This document shows, piece by piece, positions 7,941 to 18,326 of a stretch of DNA of 64,000 bases. A program made the translations under genes and the position numbers. The stretch's first letter is position 1. Each line of letters starts with the position of its first letter. This DNA comes from Terriglobia bacterium (GTDB lineage: Bacteria > Acidobacteriota > Terriglobia > 20CM-2-55-15), in assembly GCA_965218585.1 (NCBI GenBank), contig CBDCLE010000002.1:288001-352000 (forward strand). The letters are read 5' to 3'. The notes below the pieces were generated by a model. That model did no database searches. It saw only the letters and a list, made by a program, of their open reading frames with translations, and was not told the origin of the DNA.

Positions 7941-9239
7941 ATGAAAACTGGAGAAAGTAACGACATGACGGAATCCAATGTATCTCGTGGTCACTCCGGG
8001 CCTATATGGATCGCTCTTATGGGCGTCGTGATTCTGGCGCTGCTGGTGACGCTCTACAGGAATCAGGCCGTGGAACTCGCTGCGGAAGAAGATCCCATCG
8101 AAGCCGCGTCCAGCCCAACGGTGTCCTTCTTGATGGAGCAGCAGTGGCTCATCCAGATGAAACTGGCCCAGGCCCAGCGTCGGGAACTCTCACCCCAGGT
8201 TCGTGTGGTAGGCCGAGTCATACCTGCGGATAACTACACGGCGATCATTTCTTCCCCTGTGACCGGATTGATACAGGATGCGAACCTGCCCGTTCTCGGC
8301 CAGGAGCTTCGCTCAGGCCAAGACGTTCTCACTGTCGAACAGATGCCTGAGCTATCGGATGCAGCCCAGGCGGCGCAGCTTCGCCTCGAAGCCAGTCGCA
8401 CTGAATCGGAACGGCGGCGTCTGGAGCAGTCCAAGGCAGAGGCCCAGATTCGCCTGCGGCAAGCCGAACGGGAATGGACACGGGCGAGGCGCCTGCACGA
8501 AGAGGAGTTGATGGCTCTCCAGGAAGTGGAGGCTGCCGAAACCGAATACGATGCGGCCGGGGCCGTCGTTGCCTCATACGCCGAACAGCTGACGGCTCTT
8601 GCCGAGGCACCAAGTCTGGATACCGCCATGCGGACGACCGCACCGCGACAGGTTGTCTCTGCTCCCATTGCCGGTCGGGTCAACCAGATTTTCAAAGAGG
8701 TTGGAGAACTGGTTCAACCCGGCGAACCGGTACTCGATATCGTGAATCTGGATGTCGTATGGGTCGAAGCGCCGATATTCGAAAAGGACCTTGCCGCTGT
8801 AATGGGCACCGGTGAAGTGATCTTCGAGACCATCGCGTATCCGGGCGTCGAATTCGTAGGCGAAGTCGTTGATGTCGGCGCGCGCATCGATGAAGAGACA
8901 CGAACGGCAGATGTCATCTTTTCCATACCCAATCGGGATGGCCGGCTTCGTATTGGAATGCAAGCCAACATTCGACTGGCGACCGGACCTCCCGAGGGCG
9001 TCGTTGCGATTCCGTCCGAAGCGGTTCTGGAACACGAGGGGCGTGACATCGTTTATGTCCTCCTCTCTGGCGAAGAGTTCGAACGCCGTAACGTCATATT
9101 GGGAGACCGGTACGGCGATGAAGTGGCGATTTTGGCCGGTGTGGAGCCCGGTGAGCGTGTCGTGACACAGGGGGCCTATCAGCTCAAGCTGCAGGAGTTG
9201 CAGCCGGCAGATCCGGGCGAGCATTCGCACGAGGTCTAA
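7941..9239 (+). CDS. Efflux RND periplasmic adaptor (CzcB/CusB-like)
   Basis: N-terminal TM, lipoyl/coiled-coil, VWVEA, IDEETRT, VVTQGAYQL, His tail EHSHEV. Confidence 0.92.
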   Translation: MKTGESNDMTESNVSRGHSGPIWIALMGVVILALLVTLYRNQAVELAAEEDPIEAASSPTVSFLMEQQWLIQMKLAQAQRRELSPQVRVVGRVIPADNYTAIISSPVTGLIQDANLPVLGQELRSGQDVLTVEQMPELSDAAQAAQLRLEASRTESERRRLEQSKAEAQIRLRQAEREWTRARRLHEEELMALQEVEAAETEYDAAGAVVASYAEQLTALAEAPSLDTAMRTTAPRQVVSAPIAGRVNQIFKEVGELVQPGEPVLDIVNLDVVWVEAPIFEKDLAAVMGTGEVIFETIAYPGVEFVGEVVDVGARIDEETRTADVIFSIPNRDGRLRIGMQANIRLATGPPEGVVAIPSEAVLEHEGRDIVYVLLSGEEFERRNVILGDRYGDEVAILAGVEPGERVVTQGAYQLKLQELQPADPGEHSHEV

Positions 9240-9249
9240 GGGGAGTAAC

Positions 9250-12200
9250 GTGCTGGACAAAATCATCCAATGGTCTCTCGACAATCGACTTCTGGTTGTC
9301 GTCGGCGCGATCGGTCTTCTTGTCTATGGCGGCATCGTCGCCGCCCGTACGCCGGTCGACGTTTTTCCCGATCTGACGGCTCCCACGGTAACGGTCCTCA
9401 CAGAGGCCCACGGCCTGGCGCCTGAAGAGGTTGAAGCTGTCGTGACCGTGCCGCTCGAGGCTGTCTTGAACGGCACGTCGGGCGTGTTTCGGGTCCGTTC
9501 GAATTCAGCCGCCGGCCTCTCGCTGATCTTTGCCGAGTTCGAGATCGGAACAGATATTTATCGTGCGCGACAGTTGGTAACGGAGAAACTCGGGCAAGTG
9601 CAGTTGCCGATTGGAGTCGAGCCTCCGGTGCTGGGGCCGATCTCTTCGACCATGGGCGAGATCATGCTCGTTTCCATGCGTTCGGAGGGCGAAACCTCCA
9701 ACATGGATCTCCGTTCGCTGGCCGACTGGGTTGTGCGGCCCCGCCTGCTCGCGATTACAGGTGTGTCCCAGGTCATTGTTATTGGCGGCGACCTGAAGCA
9801 GTACCAGGTGATCGTGGATCCCGCCTTGCTCGTTGATTACGACCTGTCTCTTGAGGACGTCACTCATGCGGTTGCCGAGGCGAACGCAGTCAGCACCGGC
9901 GGTTTCATGGAGCGAACCAACGAAGAGTTCCTGATCCGTGGGCGCGGCCGTGTGAGTCAGGTTGAAGATCTTGCGGAGTCGGTCATAACGATCAGGGACG
10001 GCAGTCCAATTCTGATCGAGCACGTCGCCGAAGTTCGTCTGGGTGCTGCAATAAAGCGGGGCGACGGAAGCTTCAACATGGAATCCGCGATCGTCGTCAC
10101 GATCCAGAAGCAGCCGAACGCCAACACGCTCGAGCTGACCTCGGAAATCGAAACGACGCTCGCATCGCTCGAACGGACGCTGCCCGAGGACGTTTCGATC
10201 GATGCCGAGGCGTTTCAACAGGCCAACTTCATCGAGCTCGCGGTCGGCAATGTCCGTCGTGCGTTGGTGGAAGGCGGACTGATGGTAAGCATCGTCCTGT
10301 TCCTTTTTCTCTGGAACTTCAGGACGACCTTCATCAGTCTGACCGCCATTCCCCTTTCTTTGCTGACCGCTATTCTCGCGATGAGCTATTTTGGCATCAG
10401 CATCAACACGATGACGCTGGGAGGTCTGGCGATCGCCATCGGGGAACTGGTAGACGATGCGATTGTGGACGTCGAGAACGTTTTCCGACGGCTCAAACAG
10501 AACGTCGGGTTGGGAAATCCTCAGAAGATTTCCACCGTCGTCTTTAAAGCGTCCAGCGAGATCCGGAATTCCATTTTTTACGCGACAGCGATCATTATTC
10601 TTGTTTTCCTCCCCCTGTTCTCACTTGCGGGATTCGAAGGGCGGATGTTTGCGCCGCTCGCGTTCGCATACATTTTTTCGATAGCGGCTTCGCTTCTGGT
10701 GGCCCTGACGGTGACGCCGGTCCTCTGCTACTGGATGCTCGGACGGTTCACACGGACCCAGGACACGGGCGATTCGCAACTGGTCGCGTTTTCTAAGCGA
10801 CGATACAGCAAGGTTCTGGGGTGGGCGCTGGCCCGTCCGTTCGAAGTCATAGCCGTCTCGGTTCTCCTGCTCGTGACGTCGGTCGCGCTGCTTCCGCTCA
10901 CCGGACGCGAGTTTCTTCCTCTGTTCAACGAAGGTGCCGTGAACGTCAACGTTACCCTGCCTCCGGGAACTTCGCTGGAAGAGTCGAATCGCGTCGGCAA
11001 CGTAGTCGAAGGAGTGTTGCATCAGATTCCAGAAGTCGTCTCAACGACCCGGCGAACGGGACGTGCCGAACAGGACGAACACGCTGCGGGAGTCAACGCG
11101 AGCGAACTGGAAGTCGTCATGCTGGCGTCGGATCGATCGCAGTTCGCGATCATGGACGAGATTCGCGAGAGTCTGGCACCCATCCCGGGAGTCGGCTTGG
11201 AGGTCGGGCAGCCGATTTCGCACCGCATCGACCATCTGTTGAGCGGCACCCAGGCTCAGATTGCCATCAAGTTGTTCGGCCCCGACCTTCCGACTCTGAG
11301 AAACAAAGCGGAAGAGATTCGCGCTTCGATGGAAAACGTTCCAGGCATCGTGGACCTGTTGGTGGAGCCTCAGGTCGGCGTGCCCCAGGTACAGGTGAAT
11401 ATAGATCGCGCCAATGCAGCAGCCGTGGGTCTGTCTGCGGGCGATCTGGCCGAGGCTGTGGAAACCGCTTTTAACGGTCGTGTGGTCGGGCAGGTCCTGG
11501 AGCAACAGCGAAGCTACGATCTCATCGTTCGCCTGGAAGACGAAGCTCGCGAATCACTGGATTCGATCCGGAACACGTTGATTGAAACACCGACCGGTGC
11601 GAAGGTTCCCATCGCTCAGGTTGCGGATGTGCGTTCTGACCAGGGGCCGAATACGATCAACCGGGAGAACGGGCAACGCCGGATCATTGTTCAGTCCAAC
11701 GTCTCGGGACGTGACCTGGGCAGCGTGATCAATGATGTTCGAGCTTCGGTGGGAAGGGAAGTCGCCCTCCCCGAAGGTTATTTCGTCCAGTATGGAGGCC
11801 AGTTTGAAGCGCAGGAGCAGGCCTCGGAGAGGATCTTCTGGTTGTCGCTCGTCGCGATCGGCGGAATATTTCTGCTGTTGTTTATCGCGTTGAAATCCGT
11901 GCGGGCTTCACTCCTTGTGATGGCGAACCTGCCTCTGGCCCTGATCGGTGGGGTCCTCATCGTCTTTCTATCGGGAGGCACGCTTTCAGTGGCTTCTCTG
12001 GTGGGTTTCATCACGCTCTTCGGTATCGCGACGCGCAACGGCATCATGCTTGTGACCCACTACCGGCATCTGATCGAGGAGGGTGTGGCCTTCCGTCAGG
12101 CTGTGATCCAGGGATCGATGGAGCGGTTGAGTCCTATCCTGATGACGGCGCTTGTTACCGGCGTCGGGTTGATACCTCTGGCTCTGGGAGTCGGCACGCC

Positions 12201-12375
12201 TGGAAAGGAAATCCAGCAGCCCATGGCCGCTGTAATTCTCGGCGGAATGCTCACTTCGACCTTTCTGAACATGATCGTCATTCCGACGCTGTATTTGAGA
12301 TATGGACGCGGGGAAGAGGAAGTCTGGGAAGACGAATGGGCAGACGGCGCGGATCCTACCCCTGCAGGCGATTGA
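9250..12375 (+). CDS. CusA/CzcA family heavy-metal RND permease
   Basis: PVDVFPDLTAPTV, GLAIAIGELVDDAIVDVEN, ERLSPILMTAL; 1041 aa. Confidence 0.96.
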   Translation: MLDKIIQWSLDNRLLVVVGAIGLLVYGGIVAARTPVDVFPDLTAPTVTVLTEAHGLAPEEVEAVVTVPLEAVLNGTSGVFRVRSNSAAGLSLIFAEFEIGTDIYRARQLVTEKLGQVQLPIGVEPPVLGPISSTMGEIMLVSMRSEGETSNMDLRSLADWVVRPRLLAITGVSQVIVIGGDLKQYQVIVDPALLVDYDLSLEDVTHAVAEANAVSTGGFMERTNEEFLIRGRGRVSQVEDLAESVITIRDGSPILIEHVAEVRLGAAIKRGDGSFNMESAIVVTIQKQPNANTLELTSEIETTLASLERTLPEDVSIDAEAFQQANFIELAVGNVRRALVEGGLMVSIVLFLFLWNFRTTFISLTAIPLSLLTAILAMSYFGISINTMTLGGLAIAIGELVDDAIVDVENVFRRLKQNVGLGNPQKISTVVFKASSEIRNSIFYATAIIILVFLPLFSLAGFEGRMFAPLAFAYIFSIAASLLVALTVTPVLCYWMLGRFTRTQDTGDSQLVAFSKRRYSKVLGWALARPFEVIAVSVLLLVTSVALLPLTGREFLPLFNEGAVNVNVTLPPGTSLEESNRVGNVVEGVLHQIPEVVSTTRRTGRAEQDEHAAGVNASELEVVMLASDRSQFAIMDEIRESLAPIPGVGLEVGQPISHRIDHLLSGTQAQIAIKLFGPDLPTLRNKAEEIRASMENVPGIVDLLVEPQVGVPQVQVNIDRANAAAVGLSAGDLAEAVETAFNGRVVGQVLEQQRSYDLIVRLEDEARESLDSIRNTLIETPTGAKVPIAQVADVRSDQGPNTINRENGQRRIIVQSNVSGRDLGSVINDVRASVGREVALPEGYFVQYGGQFEAQEQASERIFWLSLVAIGGIFLLLFIALKSVRASLLVMANLPLALIGGVLIVFLSGGTLSVASLVGFITLFGIATRNGIMLVTHYRHLIEEGVAFRQAVIQGSMERLSPILMTALVTGVGLIPLALGVGTPGKEIQQPMAAVILGGMLTSTFLNMIVIPTLYLRYGRGEEEVWEDEWADGADPTPAGD

Positions 12376-12477
12376 AAAAGCAGGGACAGAGCACTCTTTT
12401 TGCAACCAGGTTCGTATGCAAAATTCGTATGCAAAAGATGATTCGCTGGCAAAAAGAGTGCTCTGTCCCTACTTTTT
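12375..12477. repeat. REP/REPIN-like palindrome, family A
   Basis: AAAAAG(C/T)AGGGACAGAGCACTCTTTTTGC ... reverse complement; internal tandem TTCGTATGCAAAA x2; relative at 19650-19728. Confidence 0.75.
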
Positions 12478-12485
12478 ACCGAAAC

Positions 12486-12510
12486 GTGCGGTCATAGACC
12501 GCACCTACAG
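12486..12510 (-). repeat. GTAG-type REP, family B (single unit)
   Basis: GTGCGGTCATAGACCGCACCTAC matches the units at 23701-23774. Confidence 0.7.
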
Positions 12511-12547
12511 TATGCTTTCTGCTTCTTCATATATTTGATCCGGGAGG

Positions 12548-13863
12548 ATGAGAACTGTGAGACGACTACTTACGTTTGTTTGCCTGGTCGCTGTTGGGAG
12601 CCTTGTTATTTCAGGGGACCTCGCCGCCCAGGATCTGGTAATCACCAATGCCCGCATCATTGATGGGAACGGCGGCGTCATTGCCGACGGCACCGTGGTC
12701 GTCGAGGACGGCCGGATTTCTCAAGTGAGCCCCAGCGCGGCGACCGGTCCCGATGGCGCACGTCAAATCGATGCCCAGGGGATGACGGTTATGCCGGGCT
12801 TTATCGATGGTCACCGTCACATCATTGGCGGACCTGGAGACCAATGGCTCGCCGAGCAGGCCTCAGACCGCATGCGCGAGTTTCTGGAAGCCGGGTTCAC
12901 GTCAGTTCAGTCCGGTGGCGGTGCGATCCCACCACAGGTCGAACTCCGGCGCCGCATTGATGAAGGAGAATTGGAAGGCCCCCGTATTATTGTTTCTGTT
13001 TTTTCGCAACTGGCGGCCCCTCCAGAGGGAGGAGGTGGAGGCCGAGACAGAGGTGACCCGGCCCGTGGCGATTCGGCGCGTCCGGGCTTTCGTCCCACTG
13101 AAGCTGCGAATGTAATACCCGAAGAGGATACTCGTCGGACAGTGAGAGATGCCGTTGCAGCCGGTGTCGACGCCATCAAGGCGGTTATTCTCGTCACGCC
13201 AGGTGGTCCGGAAGAGAACACCCTGTCGGTCATCGTCGATGAAAGCCACAGCCAGGGCGTTCGCAGCATCACGCACGCCACCAGCGTTCAGGATACGGTT
13301 GCCGCTGTTCGGGCCGGAACGGATGTGCTCATGCATACGCCGCACACGGACCTGCTGGACATCTCCACGGCTCAAATGATTGCCGACGCCGGAATTCCCA
13401 TGGTTTCAACGCTTGGCGTATTTACTCCAACATTTGCCGAAGATAACCAGGCCATCCGGGAGTCGACCGGCGCTGATAACGAAGCGCGCTTCAGGGATCT
13501 GGGCCTCTTCCCCGAGGGTGCAGAACCTTGGTACAGCGTGGGACAGGGACCGGTGAATGCGCGGCTGTTCTGGGATGCGGGAGGTGTCTACGCCTTTGGA
13601 ACAGACACGACGTACCTGCCGAAGGACACGCTCGAAAACGAACTGAAGCCGCTCAGGCTCGTCTTTTCCAGACAGGACATCATCCAGATGTTGACGAAGA
13701 ATGCCGCAGCGGCCATGGGCCGAGTGACGATCTGGGTACGCTGGAGACCGGCAAACTGGCCGACATCGTTATGATCGACGGCAACCCGTTGGCGGAAACT
13801 TCAGATCTGTTGAAGGTTGCTGTTGTGATTCGTGATGGACGGGTGGTGGTTGATAAGAGGTAA
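12548..13863 (+). pseudogene. Secreted amidohydrolase, paralog 1, frameshifted near the C-terminus
   Basis: MPGFIDGHRH metal motif; one C missing at 13722/13723 versus paralog 2 (GGCCG[C]AGTGAC); the tail DDLGTLETGKLADIV lies in another frame. Confidence 0.85.
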
Positions 13864-13897
13864 TTGAAGATGCACCCTTGGCCTCGGGGGTCGACTA

Positions 13898-13938
13898 TTC
13901 GGGGACGGAGACAGGAGAATCTGGTCTCCGTCCCCGAA
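13898..13938. repeat. Intergenic palindrome TTCGGGGACGGAGAC...GTCTCCGTCCCCGAA
   Basis: 15-bp perfect inverted repeat between the amidohydrolase paralogs; resembles the GGGACAG-type REPs. Confidence 0.6.
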
Positions 13939-13986
13939 CTCGTTTACGCTATGATGACTTACTTCCTATAAGCACAGTCCCGGAGG

Positions 13987-15306
13987 ATGAGAACCGTGAA
14001 ACGACTACTTACGTTTGTTTGCCTGGTCGCAGTTGGGAGTCTCGCTGTTTCTGGAGATCTCGAGGCTCAGGATCTGGTAATTACGAATGCCCGCATCATT
14101 GATGGAAACGGTGGCGTCATCTCCGACGGCACTGTTGTTGTAGAGGACGGGCGGATTTCTTCGGTCAGTGCCGGAGATGCGACCGGCCCCGACGGTGCGC
14201 GTCAAATCGACGCTCAGGGGATGACGGTGATGCCGGGCTTTATCGATGGTCACCGCCACATCATTGGCGGTCCTGCCGACCAGTGGCTGGCCGAGCAGGC
14301 TTCAGACCGCATGCGCGAGTTTCTGGAAGCCGGGTTCACCGCCGTTCAGTCCGCTGGCGGCGCCGTGCCACCCCAGCTCGAACTTCAACGACGCATCAAT
14401 GAGGGAGAACTGGACGGTCCCCGCATTGTCGTAACCGCCCGTGCCCAGGTCGCGGCTGCTGCTGGTCGAGGTGGCGCTGGTCGCGGAGGATTCAGTGATC
14501 CGGCCCGGGGTAACGGTGCGCGTCCGGGCTTCCGTCCCACCGAACCCGCTAACGCAATACCTGAAGCCGATACCCGTCAAGCGATCAGGGCGGCGGCTGC
14601 GGCCGGTGTCGAGGCGATCAAGACGGCTATCGTTGTCACGCCCGGCGGTCCGGAGGAGAACACCCTGTCCGTCATCGCCGAGGAAAGCGCCAGCCGGGGC
14701 ATGCGGAGTGTTACGCACGCGACTGCCACTGAGGACACGCTTGCGGCCATTCGAGCCGGGACGCATGTGCTCATGCACACGCCACACACGACGATGCTGA
14801 CTATCTCCGAGGCTCAGGAGATTGCGAACGCCGGAATCCCGATGGTCTCGACCCTTGGCGTATACGTTCCGACGTTTTCCGAAGACAACTCGGCGGCTCG
14901 GGCGGCGACCGGCTCTGACAACGAGCCCCGTTTCCGCGACCTGGGCCTCTATCCGGAAGGCGCGCTGCCCTGGTACAGCGTCGGGCAGGGTCCTGTCAAT
15001 GCGAGACTGTTCTGGGATGCGGGGGGTATCTACGCCTTTGGAACAGACACCTCGTATCTGCCGAAGGACACGCTGGAACACGAACTGAAGCCACTCAGGC
15101 TCGTCTTTTCCAGACAGGACATCATCCAGATCATGACGAAGAACGCGGCGGCGGCTATTGGCCGCAGTGACGATCTGGGAACGCTCGAGACCGGCAAGCT
15201 GGCCGACATCGTGATGATCGACGGGAACCCGCTGGCCGAAACGTCAGATCTCTTGAAGGTGGCTTTAGTCGTTCGTGATGGACGAGTCGTTGTGGATAAG
15301 AGATAA
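13987..15306 (+). CDS. Secreted amidohydrolase, paralog 2
   Basis: Signal peptide, DGHRH, FGTDT, GTLETGKLAD motifs. Confidence 0.92.
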   Translation: MRTVKRLLTFVCLVAVGSLAVSGDLEAQDLVITNARIIDGNGGVISDGTVVVEDGRISSVSAGDATGPDGARQIDAQGMTVMPGFIDGHRHIIGGPADQWLAEQASDRMREFLEAGFTAVQSAGGAVPPQLELQRRINEGELDGPRIVVTARAQVAAAAGRGGAGRGGFSDPARGNGARPGFRPTEPANAIPEADTRQAIRAAAAAGVEAIKTAIVVTPGGPEENTLSVIAEESASRGMRSVTHATATEDTLAAIRAGTHVLMHTPHTTMLTISEAQEIANAGIPMVSTLGVYVPTFSEDNSAARAATGSDNEPRFRDLGLYPEGALPWYSVGQGPVNARLFWDAGGIYAFGTDTSYLPKDTLEHELKPLRLVFSRQDIIQIMTKNAAAAIGRSDDLGTLETGKLADIVMIDGNPLAETSDLLKVALVVRDGRVVVDKR

Positions 15307-15324
15307 CCCGAAGTTGGATCTTAA

Positions 15325-15354
15325 GAAAGGCGGGTCGTAGGACCCGCCTTTTTT
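15325..15354. terminator. Bidirectional intrinsic terminator
   Basis: AAAGGCGGGTC-GTAG-GACCCGCCTTTTTT between convergent genes. Confidence 0.75.
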
Positions 15355-15377
15355 CGTTGCAAGGAATCGATCGCCAG

Positions 15378-15860
15378 CTACCCCACACACCGATCCGCGA
15401 CATCCACGTATCTGGCGTGACACTCGCTGCACGAGGCGGAGAGCCGTTCGGTGGTGGCTGTGATTGCGTCCTGACTCTCTGATTCGGCAGCCTCATAGGC
15501 TGCCTCCCCCGCTTCTCTCATGTCAACGACCCACCCCTGCCAGTCTGCGGCATCGACTGGAGCTGCGGTTCCGTTGGCGCACATGCGTCCGGGAATGGTC
15601 AGCAGGTTGGCTGATTCGGCCACGGCGATCGATGCGCTCCGAACCTTGATCCATCCGCCATAGAAGTCGAACGGGTTGTCGCCCGGAGCGTTCGGATCTG
15701 TGGACTGTGCTTCAAAGACGATGTTTGAACTCGGGAATATGATCCCGATCATCACATCGTTGACCGTTCCGGAGATCTCGGGCGCGGATGACTGTGCCGT
15801 GACGGCTACTGCCAGCAGCAGCGACATCGAAAATACTGATAATACTTTTAGGATTTGCAT
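15378..15860 (-). CDS. Cytochrome c'-like exported protein
   Basis: Signal peptide; C-terminal CSECH heme motif in helical-bundle position. Confidence 0.75.
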   Translation of the reverse strand: MQILKVLSVFSMSLLLAVAVTAQSSAPEISGTVNDVMIGIIFPSSNIVFEAQSTDPNAPGDNPFDFYGGWIKVRSASIAVAESANLLTIPGRMCANGTAAPVDAADWQGWVVDMREAGEAAYEAAESESQDAITATTERLSASCSECHARYVDVADRCVG

Positions 15861-16014
15861 CGTGGTTCCTTTCCGCTACGGTGTTTCTTAAGAGCCCGCA
15901 CCGGTCTTATTTAATATAAGGTCATATAACTACAGCCCGGAGTGAGGGTCAACGAAAGACGATGAAAGACAGAGAGAACGGGGTCGGGGGACCTGACCCG
16001 GAGGAGAATTCCTA

Positions 16015-16560
16015 ATGTTCAGATCCACGTTGGTTGCACTCATCCTCACGTGTGCGTTGATGCCGGCCATCATGGTCCAGGCTCAGAACATGCCCGACGC
16101 CGACCTTGCAGATGTGAGCTCCATCGATGCCATCGTTGCCGCACTTTACAGCGTCATCTCGGGACCCATCGGCGAAGTGCGGGATCGGGACCGATTCATG
16201 TCACTCTTTGTCGAGGGGGCGCGGCTCATTCCCGTCGGGTCCGATCCCGAGACCGGTGAGACTGGAGTGCGAATGCTGTCGCCCGAAGATTATTGGAACA
16301 GCAGCGCTGATGCGCTCGCCCGGATCGGTTTCACGGAAACCGAGATTGGTCGCACGACAGAGACATTCGGAGGCGTCACGCACGCCTTCAGTGCTTACGC
16401 GTCATATCGTTCAGACCGCGGGGACCCTCGGTCGCCGTTCAGTCGGGGAATCAACTCGATTCAACTCCTGAACGACGGCGCACGCTGGTGGATCGTATCT
16501 GTTTACTGGGATTCGGAGCGGCCGGGCATTGAGATACCGCCTCGGTACATCGCCCGCTGA
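16015..16560 (+). CDS. Exported NTF2-like protein
   Basis: SSIDAIVAALYSVISGP...RGINSIQLL.DG.RWWIVSVYWD. Confidence 0.75.
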   Translation: MFRSTLVALILTCALMPAIMVQAQNMPDADLADVSSIDAIVAALYSVISGPIGEVRDRDRFMSLFVEGARLIPVGSDPETGETGVRMLSPEDYWNSSADALARIGFTETEIGRTTETFGGVTHAFSAYASYRSDRGDPRSPFSRGINSIQLLNDGARWWIVSVYWDSERPGIEIPPRYIAR

Positions 16561-16665
16561 GCGACACGTCATTACTGGACACTATCCTTTCGGCTCGGTG
16601 GTTCTTTCCCCTGAGAGTTTCATTGCTTACAGATACCATCTGTAGTTGAATGCGATCACGATCCC

Positions 16666-17766
16666 ATGCATAGCGTTAAAAAACAGATCCGGTTGAAACT
16701 GGTTTCACGGGTGTTAGTGGCGGCCCTGTGCCTGATGCTCCTCGGACCGAACACGCCGGCCAGTGCTCAGGAAACCGTGCGGTTGACAGCTATCGGTGGC
16801 TATGCGCCGGCGGCGCTCTGGGTACGGGTGTTTCTGGACTACTACGTTTCCGAAGTGGATCGTCGTCTGGCTGAAACAGGGAACTACGAGGTGGACTGGA
16901 TCCATGCCTTCAGCGGTACCGTGGCAAAACCCGCCGGCGTGCTCGAAGCGCTGCAGTACGGACTGGCAGACATCGGCATCGTCACCACGCCGTTCCATCC
17001 CGACAAAGTTCCGTTTTACAACCTCAGCTTCGTCACACCTCTGGTGAGTTCGGACATGGGTCTGGTGGCCCGAACCGTGAGCGAACTGGCTGACCGCTAT
17101 CCCGAGATCAAACAGGACTGGTCCGACTACAACCAGGTCTATCTCACAACAGCGGGCTCGATAGACACGTATCAATTACTGATGTCCGAACCGCCTGCAT
17201 CTCTGGAGGACTATCGCGGGCGGAGAATCGGTGGCGTCGGGTTGAACCTGCGCTACCTGGAAGGCCTCGGTGCTGCCGGAGTGACGAGCAACCTGGGGGA
17301 TTTCTACAACAACATCGCCACAGGCCTTATGGATGGTGTCATCGGGTGGGCGGAATCCGCTGTTGCCTACAAGCTTTATGAAGTGGCCCCCTATATGGTG
17401 GACGTTCGGTTTGGAGCCGTGACTTCCAAGGTGCTTACCGTAAACCAACGCACGTGGGGCAAGCTACCCGAAGAGGTTCAGGCAGTGTTAATGGAAACCG
17501 CCAGTGATTATAGAGATGAGCTGGCCCGAGTCTCCATGCAAGTCGCCGCCGAGAGCATGGAAACCTATCAGCGCATGGGTGGAACCGTCTTGGCTCTGAC
17601 CGCGGAGGAGCGTCAGGAATTCGCCGCCACCATGCCCAACATCGCCCAGGTATGGGTGGCTGATCTGGAACAAAGAGGCCTGCCTGGAAAACAGATCCTG
17701 GAAGATTACATGGATATCATGCGCGCCAACGATCAGCCGATCGTACGTCATTGGGATCGCGAGTAG
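16666..17766 (+). CDS. dctP: TRAP transporter substrate-binding protein
   Basis: Signal peptide; GLADIG and W.KLPEEVQ motifs; operon with small and large permeases. Confidence 0.9.
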   Translation: MHSVKKQIRLKLVSRVLVAALCLMLLGPNTPASAQETVRLTAIGGYAPAALWVRVFLDYYVSEVDRRLAETGNYEVDWIHAFSGTVAKPAGVLEALQYGLADIGIVTTPFHPDKVPFYNLSFVTPLVSSDMGLVARTVSELADRYPEIKQDWSDYNQVYLTTAGSIDTYQLLMSEPPASLEDYRGRRIGGVGLNLRYLEGLGAAGVTSNLGDFYNNIATGLMDGVIGWAESAVAYKLYEVAPYMVDVRFGAVTSKVLTVNQRTWGKLPEEVQAVLMETASDYRDELARVSMQVAAESMETYQRMGGTVLALTAEERQEFAATMPNIAQVWVADLEQRGLPGKQILEDYMDIMRANDQPIVRHWDRE

Positions 17767-17775
17767 GCGACTTCA

Positions 17776-18288
17776 GTGAGCCCTCCTCAGACCGGACCAC
17801 ACACCAGAGACATTCCTTTTCCGGCAAAGGCCTTTGCCGGAATGCTCACCGGCCTCAGCAGTCTGGGGACGCTGTGGATCCTGGGTTTGATGGTTCTGAT
17901 CAATCTGGATGTTGGGGCCCGGTATCTGTTTAACGCGCCCATCAATGGCGTGACCGAACTGGTGGAACTCTCCATCGTCGGCATCGTGTTCCTGCAACTC
18001 GGCGCCGCTGTCAGGGCCAACAGAATCACCCGTTCTGACGGTTTGTATTCGAGGCTGCTGATGCGCCGCCCCGCGCTGGGCCACGCCCTGGGACTGGCAT
18101 TCGATTTGTCGGGCGCCCTTTTCGTAGGACTCATTCTTTATGGCGGCGTCCCCCGTTTGATCGAAGCCTACCAGCATGGCTATTTCGCGGGTAACGAAGG
18201 GTTGTTCGTTTTCCCGCTGTGGCCGGTCCGCTTGATATTGGTCGTGGGTTGTTTCGTGGTCGCCGTGCAGTTCCTGATATTCGTCTGA
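17776..18288 (+). CDS. dctQ: TRAP small permease (stop possibly premature; frame continues to 18330)
   Basis: DVGARYLFNAPINGVTELVE; 4 TM segments. Confidence 0.88.
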   Translation: MSPPQTGPHTRDIPFPAKAFAGMLTGLSSLGTLWILGLMVLINLDVGARYLFNAPINGVTELVELSIVGIVFLQLGAAVRANRITRSDGLYSRLLMRRPALGHALGLAFDLSGALFVGLILYGGVPRLIEAYQHGYFAGNEGLFVFPLWPVRLILVVGCFVVAVQFLIFV

Positions 18289-18326
18289 CAGCACGCTGTA
18301 GCTCTCGGTAGCAGAGAAGCGCCCGA

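Noticed and set aside
18286-18288. dctQ TGA as Sec recoding
   Set aside because: End of a TM helix with no redox motif and no convincing SECIS; a Trp->stop change or a natural stop is more likely.
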